Made by a program: the position numbers and the translations under genes. A model generated the notes under the pieces. The model made no database searches and was not told where the DNA came from. It was given only the letters and a program-made list of their open reading frames with translations. A stretch of DNA of 64,000 nucleotides, taken from contig OX597825.1 in assembly GCA_951406725.2 (NCBI GenBank), positions 60,574,001-60,638,000 of the forward strand, written 5' to 3'. Origin of the DNA: Octopus vulgaris (lineage: Eukaryota). This document shows positions 53,923 to 64,000 of this stretch, in pieces. Numbering within the stretch: the first letter of the stretch is position 1; each line of letters starts with the position of its first letter.

Positions 53923-53941
53923 TATATATATAATATTATAT

Positions 53942-54000
<59 letters not shown>

Positions 54001-54577
54001 TTTTTTTTTTTTTTTATTATTATGTATGTATATATATATATGTATATATATACATACACACATACATTCATGCTTACGCACTTAAAGCACACATACAAAA
54101 CGCATACATATATACACCGATATGCTAATATATATTTTTGTATGAATATTTTCATGTATAAATATAGAATTTAACTAACATGGATGAGTTCCGCCACAAA
54201 ATCGTCGTATTATTATACAGAAAATTGCTACGTTTGTATATGGGGTTAAAAAGATCCTTAAAAACTCAACTACAACTACAATATTCAATATTGGAAGACG
54301 AATAGAGAAGTTTTTTTATTCATTTACATCATATGTTTTTGGTTATTAAAGTATAAGATATTTATCTAACTTTCAGTTTCTCTATTAATCTCAGATAGGT
54401 TTCTCTGTCAATCAATTTTCTACTTTCTGTCTCTCTTTAAATAAATATGAGAATGAAGGAATGAAGACATAGTGACGATGGTATATGTGTCTATATATAT
54501 TACGTAGTTTAATATATGCAAATATGGTCTGTAATATGATCTGTATATATATATAAGTATATCTATATCTGTCTCTC

Positions 54578-54610
<33 letters not shown>

Positions 54611-55389
54611 ATGTGTGTGTGTGTGCATGTCTGTGTATATGTATATATATGTGTGTGTGTGTATATGTATATGTATATATATATGTATATGTATGTATAT
54701 ATATATGTATATATTTATGTATATATAAATGCATGTATGTATATGAGGGGAAGGACTTTTATGTACAACGAAAAAACGAGAACAAAAAGGAAAAACAGTG
54801 AAGGAAATATAGTTTACCTGCATGCGTTATTTTGGGTCTGTATATACAGGTGTATATTCATATAAATGTATTGAGAATAGTTGAGCTTAAGAGTGAGCCA
54901 AATATAATCGATGTCTTAAAAACAATAGTCAAGAAACTATAATAGAATAAGTAAAGCTACAAATACCTCGAGTAGAGTAAGCATAAACAGGAAGTCTATA
55001 TGAATTCAAACAAGGGCACACACATACCCATAAACAGGTACATGTATGTATTCTATATACATATGTATTTGTATATATATATATGTACATTGACACACAT
55101 ATATATATAGTTATATGTGTGTATATATGCATAAACTCATAGAAATATATACGTGCATGCCTATTTATATACATACATGTATATATACATATATATTTAC
55201 ACATATGTATATGTATATATGTCGATGTATGTATATATATGTATGCATGTATATATATATATATATGTATGAATGTATATATACATATATGTACGTGTAC
55301 ATATACGTATACATACTTGATAATTCGTAAGGCTAGAAATTCATAGTTTTTATAAATAAATAGATAAATAAGTGTATATATATATATAC

Positions 55390-55459
<70 letters not shown>

Positions 55460-56322
55460 GTGTATGTACATCCTTGGGCAAATGTGAAAAATTCTCTAGA
55501 ACTTTTAGGATGTCATAGTTTGTGTGACTCCTTACATATATAAATGCAAAAATTAATGCGTATATTTGTGCATGTGCATGCGTCACATAATAAAGATAAA
55601 CAAATTTCGATGTTAATAAAAAAAAAGTAGAATATATTATTAATTCAAAAATAAAGGAATAACAACACATCAGGAAATTAGAATAAAGAAACTCCTGAAA
55701 GTTGAAGCGTTGTTCAGAATATATATGGAATAATATAGCACAGGAAATGCATATTAATAGCGATGAAAATCTGTACTCAGGTAATGGTGTGTGTGTGTGT
55801 GTGTGTGTGTGGAGGGGAAATGTTTATAGAACGAAATAAGAAAAACAGGAAATATACATTAATTAAAAATATTCTGTTGGAATTGAAAAACAAAAAAGAA
55901 AGAAAGCGAAAATCAAGAGAATATAAATGTAAAATCTTTTTATAAATTTCCAAACTGTGAACAAAAGCCAAAAACCGCAGTAACAATAATAGTATTCGTG
56001 TCAACATCTTTATTTCTAAGAAATCTGGTGCTGTTGTTGATACGTAGGGAAATATGTCAGAAGCAATCACAGCATAAGAATGTTTTTTTTTTGTATTATT
56101 ACCTATTATTATTTTTACAATGCATAAGATTACACCGGCGTGCCTAGGAAACGATAATGGTTGTTTACATCGCCGCAAGTAATTTAATGCTGTTTACATT
56201 ATCGATTTTTCTTGGATATGGCCCCAGACAAATTAGGGATAGGATAATTCTCCAAAATATTTTGACCAGCGTCGTAGCGTTCCTGCTAATTCAGCATCCA
56301 TTTCGTAATCCTTGTTGAAAAT

Positions 56323-56930
56323 GCGGCGAGCTGGCAGAAACGTTAGCACGCCGGGCGACATGCGTAGCCGTTTTTCGTCTGCCGTTACGTTCTGAGTTCA
56401 AATTCCGCCGATGTCGACTTTGCCTTTCATCCTTTTCAGGTCGATATATTAAGTAACAGTTACACACTGGGGTCGATATAATCGTCTTAATCCGTTTGTC
56501 TGTCCTTGTTTGTCCTCTCTGTGTTTAACCCCTTGTGGGTAGTAAAGAAATAGGTATTTCGTCTGTCTACTCGATCTGAGTTCAAATTCCACCAAGATCA
56601 ATGTTGCCTTTCATCCTTTCGAGGTCGATAAAATAAGTACCAGTTGAGTACTGGGGACGATGTAAGAGACCCAGCCCCTTACTCGAAACAACTGCCAAAA
56701 TTTGAAACCAATATAGTTACATGAGCTGGCTGAATCGTTAGCACACCGGGAAACTGCTTAGCAGCATTTCGTCTGTCTTTACGTTCTAAGTTGAAATTCC
56801 GCCGTGGTCAACGCTGCCTTTTATCTTTTCAGAGTTGATAAACTAAGCACTAGTTGAGCAATAGATTCAATATCAACGACTTATCCCCTCTCTTACAATT
56901 ATTGTCCTTGCACCAAAATTTGAAACCAAT
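56323..56930 (+). mobile_element. Cluster of three family B SINE units (first with Tx1-like tail, next two with older tail)
   Basis: Units ~56323-56552, ~56553-56715 (headless) and ~56722-56930. Confidence 0.85.
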
Positions 56931-57743
56931 ATAGCGACATGATAAACAGAAAGCCAACAATGACGATCCCGTCTTTATTTTCACTTATAAACATAAGAGC
57001 GGGAACGAATTTTATCAGGAGTAAAATACTCAGATCCAAATTTTTACAGGCAAGGTCAATTTCTTAAATCTTAGCATCAAAGAAAACACAGGTATAATAC
57101 TCCTTCTTACTAAAGACACAACGGCTCGTTTATTTTGGTTATGAAGGTTTGCAGGACAATTTTCGAAGTGTTTTCATCTCCTTCGCCTCAAATGTTTCAT
57201 GGGATGCCCTTCCACTTCCAGCTCTTCAGCCTATCTCTATCAATTACTGGCCTTTTGCATTAATTAAAATCTTACTTATAAGTAGTTTAGTATCGGTTTT
57301 GGGTTGGGAGAACTGGTAGAAAATGAGCGAGAGACTTTGTAGCATCATGTCCGAAGTTCAAATTCCGACGAAGTCAGCATTGAATTGTATTCAGCTGAGG
57401 TCAGTACAATTAAGTACTAGTCAAGTTTGGTAGTCGAGGTTATAGACTAGTATCCCACCTCCCCAAAATTGCTGCATTTTCATTATGCACGTACACACAC
57501 ACATCACACTCACATATAAAGTGAATAGCTACGTTGGAGAATTTTTACCTCCATGAACGGTGAGTTTTAAGAAGCTATAAAAAGAAAACATCCACGGCTT
57601 GCACATCGTTTGCTTAAATCTATTTCATCTCAGTAACTGCAACACACGACATAATGAAAAAAGACACCTCATAAACTTTGAAACAGCTCTATAGACTCAG
57701 CTCAATCATGTGATAGAAATTCAAATCTATTTATCTATCTATC

Positions 57744-57846
<103 letters not shown>

Positions 57847-59620
57847 CCCGCGTGTGTACCTCAAAATCTTCAGAGGTTGAGAAAACTCATAAACGTGTAG
57901 AATAGGTAAAGGTCCAGGTGAAGCCGGCAGCAGGTACAGATCTTGGGTGTAGTAGCAATAGTTTAAAAATCTGCAAGCATACTCGAAAACGCTGTGGCAA
58001 AGTTTATATTTAAACTTGCGTGTAAAAGAACTTGTTTTTTGACCTGGTTGAACTCACTCTCTCCCTCTTGGACAATCAACAGTATCTACCGGCAGAGAAA
58101 AAATTAATTTTTTTTGTAAATAACACAAATCCATACAGGTATTATAATCCATACAATTAGCTATTACATGCTGTAGTACTGATATATTCGAAGTAGTTGA
58201 CTCGTCGATTGTGCATGCGTACCACAGAGTTACATCAACTATGAATGATGTAAACTAAATGCCAACAACACTCTCACATTTTGAAATCCTTGAAGCGGTA
58301 ACAAAAGTCAAATGCTAATGCAAGCTGTGTGTACAAATAATAGAGAGGAAAGTGTCCGTAGAATAATTAATGGTGAATGATGTCCTTGTCTAAAAACTCT
58401 GATATTTTGCATGTTACAAAATCATGGAACGCTATTTGCTGCATGCCACAATGACATTTTGTCGATGCAGGCCTTAGCTAATCGCCTGAAGCTCAAAACA
58501 TCATAGAAATCGAATACATTCTATTCTATTCCTTTTCTGTTGGGCCTCATGCTTTTTACCATTTATATAAACTTCAACCTTAGATTTAAATTTTTGTGCA
58601 TCATTCTTAGTATTTTGCTTGTTCATTAATTTGCGTTTACTCATTTCCAAGACACATTTCTCCGCCGCATTTATTGAAGTGTGAGTCGTAAGTCATTTAA
58701 CTTGAATTGATATATCGACAAGCGCTCTTTCATCTACGATAATTCCAACGTTTTATATATTTTCAGAAAATTTATTCACGATATTCAAATGATATTATTT
58801 TTCTTCACTTAAAGCATGCAGTTTTATGGGAAGGCATTATAATACTTACATATATATACAAATGCATTCATACACGTATATATGTAAGCGTATGTTCACA
58901 CATATACACACACAGATATATATATATATAATATAATATAATATACATTCACACGCATGCTCGTACACATATATACATACACGCGTTTGTATATATATTT
59001 ATATATATATATATATATATATATACGTAGTTTCGTGTTTGTGCTTGTATGTATATATATATGTAAATATTTATATTTGCTTTTATGCATAGTTATATAG
59101 AAAAATACTAAACATTAATTGGAGAATCAATACTTGTTGTAAGTGAAGTAAGACATTTATTTTATCTTAAAAGGGATAGAGTTGTCAGTGTCTTCAATGT
59201 ATGCAGCTCACTTTCCTATATGGCCGTCTGTGTAAATACTGCATAATTATAGCTGCAATATTTTTACGTTCAAAGACATTTAACTTAACTGTTTAATAAA
59301 AGAGAATGGTATCAGATTTGGAGCAATAAGACATCCAATTATTCATATATACATCTAAATTAAAGAGACACAGGAAATTTAAATGGAGTAACATACTGAA
59401 ATAATATAGCCACAAATTCCCCACTCACCTGATAACATTATATGTCTGTATAATGCTTATATATGTACAACCATGTAAGTGTAGCATTAAATTAATGTTC
59501 GAACTCGTCAAATTCTTTAAGTTTCAACTTCTCAGTAGATTAGGAGTTGCCTATAAGAAATAAAATAATTAAATGAGAAATAAAGAGGAAAGTGTTGGCC
59601 TGCAATATTAGATGACACTA

Positions 59621-59838
59621 AAGCGGAGAGCTGACAAAAACGTTAGCACGCCTGGCAAGATGATTTGCGGCATATCATTGTAGTTACGTTCTGCCTTCAA
59701 ATGCTGCCGGGGTTGACTTTGGATTTTATACTTTTGGGGGTCGATAAAATAAATACCAGTTGAGCACTGGGGTAGATGTAATCGATTTACCCTCTCACTC
59801 GAAAGTTTCTGGGCTTCTGCCAAAATTTGAAACCAATA
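59621..59838 (+). mobile_element. Degraded family B SINE with older tail
   Basis: gcggagagctgacaaaaacgttagcacgcc head; gccaaaatttgaaacca tail. Confidence 0.8.
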
Positions 59839-60100
59839 TTAGTTGATACTAATTCATTTATAAAAGTTGTTACATACATAATCATTTAAAAAAATTAGTA
59901 TACATGTTTGTATCTGTTTGGAAGAATTGGCAACTGGTTGATGCTATTTATGCAAATTGTGCAAAATTTAATTAACCACAGCAAAAACCATTGTGGAGAT
60001 ATATAAAATGTATTTGTAAATCTCAAATACATGACTTCTTACTATATGCAATTATCTAAATTTCTACACATAAACGCACACACAAATATATGCATATATA

Positions 60101-60144
<44 letters not shown>

Positions 60145-60341
60145 TGTGTGTGTAAGGCTAGTTGAGTTAGCGGTTGGAATAACCATCTAAGGAATAAGAA
60201 AATGCGTTTTACTACCGGTATAACTTACCTATGTTAACCCTGGGCATACATATGCAAGCATATTATGCTCATAGGATACAGGCAATAACAAAGATAAACC
60301 AGAGTTTATTAGGAATCCAATTTAAATTAAGCAGAAAATAG

Positions 60342-60876
60342 AGAAACCTTGATCAACACCAATTGACTAACATCAATTATTATTTTTAATACAAATCATT
60401 ATCCCATCTAACAGTCACTTCTGCTTCCAATGTCCTACGGTGTTGCCAAGGAACATTTTGAGAATAATATTCGTTATATTTTGTGACACATCCGACCTAC
60501 AGCGTGGAGCTTCATCAGAGTGAAGAAAAATGGATAAAGGAAAAGAGGAATAGCCTCTAGAAGAACAATGAAGATTTAGTATATTGTCTCAACGTCCTGA
60601 AGTGTTACACTGCAAAATGTTATGATTTAAATATATTAAGCCTTCATTCCTATTCTCGAAGCTCTTCCTCTTTTCTATTTTTTTATGTATTTTTCTTCAC
60701 TCTGATGAAGCTCCATGTTCCAGATCGGACGTGTTACTAAATGTGACGAATATTATTCTTAGAATTTTCATTGGCAACACAGTAAGACATTGAAAGCAGA
60801 AACAGCTGTTAGATGGGATAAAGTTTTGTATTAAAAAATAATAATCGATGTTAGCCAATTGTTGATCAAGATTTCT
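60342..60876. mobile_element. Foldback element (~220-bp inverted arms) with hammerhead-like motif in each arm
   Basis: Arms ~60342-60560 and ~60655-60876; right arm ttcact-CTGATGA-agct...agca-GAAA-cagctg-TT-agatggg (60696-60817). Confidence 0.8.
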
Positions 60877-61050
60877 GTCTGTCTGTCTATCTATAGATAG
60901 CAGTATATATCAGAAATAAGGATGCATGCAGGGTTTATATAATACGTCTTGTGCACACATTTGATTGCTTGGAGTACTGGAATAGATGTTCGGAATGCGT
61001 AACCACAACGGAACAGGAAGGAAGGCTTTATTGTATTAAGTTACAGATCA

Positions 61051-61349
61051 ATCGATCAATCCAAGCATTGCATCAATTTGAAATACACCGCCATCTTCGG
61101 ATGCATAGGACCATATAGGTTTTCAACATACAGGATGCTCCATTATAATTTTTTTTCACAGAATTTTCATCAGAAAAGAAATAGAGAATAAAAGGATTAC
61201 GTTATTCCCTATTTCTGATGCGAAATTTGCAAAAAAAAAAAAGAGAAGAATTATAATTGAGTACCCTGTATGTTGAAAACCTATATAGACTTATGCCTCC
61301 AAGGAAGATGGTGTATTTCAAATTGATGTAATGCTTGCGTTGATTGATT
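61051..61349. mobile_element. Foldback element (~125-bp inverted arms)
   Basis: caagcattgcatcaatttgaaatacacc...ataggttttcaacatacagg versus its reverse complement at ~61265-61340. Confidence 0.75.
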
Positions 61350-61946
61350 AAATGGAGCCGCCTGAAACGGCCGTAATGCGCTAACACCTTGACATCTTTA
61401 TCTTTGAATTATATATATATATTTATATATATATATGTATGTGTGTATGTATGTATGTATGTATGTATGTATGTATGTATGCATACACATATATTTAAGA
61501 GGTGAAATTGAGAGAGAGAGTAAACAGGTGGGATCCAGATAATCTTCATACAGAAAACTTATAGTATTGTTCAAATGATTTGAAATTACACCCTGAACAC
61601 TTTATCGTGGTGTAAGTCCACTGGTAATGAGTGTGGCTACAAGTGGAATCCAGGTGTGCTGATATGAACATAGAAAAACGATTGGGCTATATATATATAA
61701 GATATAAGCCTAAACACGAATATCAGAATATTTTTAGCTTTTGTTTCTCTCTATATATATGTATCCTATATATAGTTACATTAGTATATTTATGTGTATA
61801 TATTTTTGTATATCAAGCCCAAGCGTGTTTACCTGCATCTCTCTCTGCCTATTCGTGACAATTTCGTGACAACTATAGCTTTCCTCTTTGGTGAAAAAAC
61901 ATTACATACTGCTTTGTATATTAATTATATATATATGTGTGTATGT

Positions 61947-62250
61947 GGAGGCGCAATGGCCCACTGGTTAGGGCAGCGGACTCGCGGTTGTAAGATCGCG
62001 GTTTCGTTCCCCAGACCGGGCGTTGTGAGTGTTTATTGAGCGAAAACACCTAAACCTCCACGAGGCTCCGGCAGGGGGTGGTGGCGATCTCTGCTCTACT
62101 CTTTCACCACAACTTTCTCTCACTCTTTCTTCTGTTGGCCTGCTCGCTTAGCGAGCGGGGTGGCGTTATTTGAAGGCTAAAACAATGGGGAGCGCATTGT
62201 GTCCAGCGATATGTAGCAACATCTGATAGCCTGGTCGGTCACGGTGACGG
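61947..62250 (+). mobile_element. SINE head type C (OR1-like), tail type 3
   Basis: Same head as 10737; different 3' ~115 nt ending cacggtgacggtg. Confidence 0.88.
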
Positions 62251-62251
62251 T

Positions 62252-62288
<37 letters not shown>

Positions 62289-62290
<2 letters not shown>

Positions 62291-62702
62291 TCTTTTTTTC
62301 TCTTTTTACTTGTTTCAGTCATTTGACTACGGCCATGCTGGGGCACCGCCTTTAGTCGAGCAAATCGACCCCGGGACTTATTCTTTATAAGGCCAGTACT
62401 TATTCTAACGGTCTTTTTTGCCGAACCGCTAAGTGACGGGGACGTAAACACACCAACATCGGTTGTCAAACAATGCTAGGGGGACAAACACAGACACACA
62501 AACATATACACATATATATATATATATACATGTATATACGACAGGCTTCTTTCAGTTTCCGTCTACCAAATCCACTCATAAGACATTGGTCGGCCCGGGG
62601 CTATAGCAGAAGACACTTGCCCAAGTTGCCACGCAGTGGGACTGAACCCGGAATCATGTGGTTGGTTAGCAAGCTACTTACCACATAGCCACTCCTGCAC
62701 CT
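62289..62702 (-). mobile_element. Family A SINE, full length
   Basis: Reverse complement of 968-1379. Confidence 0.92.
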
Positions 62703-62720
62703 ATATATATATATCTAGTG

Positions 62721-62813
62721 AAGGTGCATGGCTCAGTGGTTAGAGCGTCGAGCTTACAATCGTGAGGTTGTGAGTTCCATTCCCGGACCGGGCTGCGTGC
62801 TGTCGTATTTATG

Positions 62814-62854
<41 letters not shown>

Positions 62855-62972
62855 ATGTGTATATGTTTGTGTGTCTAGGTGTGTCCCTCCAGTATCGCTT
62901 GACAACTGATGCTGTTGTGTTTACGTCCCCATAACTTAGCGGTTCAGCAAAATAGACCTATAGAATAAGTAC
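62721..62972 (+). mobile_element. Chimeric SINE: type D head joined to family A 3' half
   Basis: Head like 26774; after ctgtcgta-(TA)n the sequence follows the family A body. Confidence 0.7.
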
Positions 62973-64000
62973 AATGACAGGTTAATCCTAGCTTCCCCCA
63001 CATGTATTTGATCATAACGTCTACTTAAGCAGGATAATTTGTGACTAAACAACAATAATATCTGTGCTGTCCTTTTGGATTGTATCCAACGTAACACACA
63101 CTATCATATATCAATTAAATATTTCATGATGGCACAAAACAAAAATGTATCATATATTTTTCACTTAATACAACTGAGATTATCCGCCAGATTAGCATTG
63201 TATTTTTGCGTTTTTATTCTTAGGTTAGCTTAAAGGATATCAAACGGTTAGAGACCGTTACCCTCTTATCATTTTGAAATCATATCGTATCTGTTTATTA
63301 TACTCGTTATTCTCTACATCCATTATATGCATGCATTATCTTCTCTAGCAATCTATTTTGTAGTGCATACAATCTTATTTGAGGTAGATTTAGCTATGCT
63401 ACTAGTTTTAATAAATCCATGCTTGCTTCTTCGCTGAGTTGTGAACATTCTTTTGGACATGATGATCAGTAGAAAACTTCAGTTCATCTATGTACGTCTT
63501 TGTCTGGACTTTTAAGCAAGCAATGCAGTAGCGTCTGCTTTTGGATCAGAGAACAATGCAATTAAAGTGTCAGTGTTTATAATTTTATGGAAATCCTATT
63601 GTTTCATACAATATTGTAATATTTCAGCCACCCACTTAACAATTATAACATCGCTGTTTACGTTTAACTTTTAAATGTAACCAATCGCTACTCGGAGCAA
63701 TGTTATTTTTTAACAAAAACGTATTTGTCATTTAAGTGAGACAGTATGTCTATATAGTACCCTTAAAGTACATCAAAATTGACTTCCCACAAAGTAAATA
63801 ATAAAGTAAATTATAATGAAGAAAAAACAAAACAGGAATACTAAATCAAACTAAATATTCTGCGTAATATTAAAAAAAGAAAGAAAACACCTCGACTTAA
63901 AAGCTTCTATTGGAATGCAAGAAGTTAGAAAGTTTCTGTCACAAATGACATAGCCATAAGTATTTAATATCTCCGAGTGATGGATTAAGGAGATTTCTCT

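Noticed and set aside
50767-55471. YIYI/CVCV-rich ORFs
   Set aside because: Translations of TA/TG microsatellites.

Overview
AT-rich, microsatellite-saturated eukaryotic DNA with no recognisable host gene exon. The SINE repertoire is most consistent with an octopus (coleoid cephalopod) genome (inference). Main contents: (1) a full-length ~5.4 kb Tx1/L1-clade non-LTR retrotransposon (ORF1 CCHC knuckle; ORF2 APE-RT-zinc finger; one frameshift, one nonsense codon) inserted with a 16-bp TSD inside the tRNA-like head of a SINE. Its 3' end matches the 3' tail of a second SINE family in the window, making it a candidate LINE-SINE partner. (2) A 5'-truncated Penelope-like element (GIY-YIG remnant) with inverted pLTRs, one carrying an intact-looking type I hammerhead ribozyme. 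(3) At least five further 300-550 bp foldback elements and solo pLTR-like pieces, many beside (TA)n tracts, with about ten hammerhead-like motifs including U3-A8, G3-C8 and C3U core variants. (4) About 25 tRNA-derived SINE copies of four head types with swappable tails, three decayed Tc1/mariner transposases, two MITEs and two non-autonomous Helitron-like pieces. Nearly all short ORFs in the supplied track are microsatellite or SINE artefacts. Coordinates were read by eye; ends of decayed elements are approximate.
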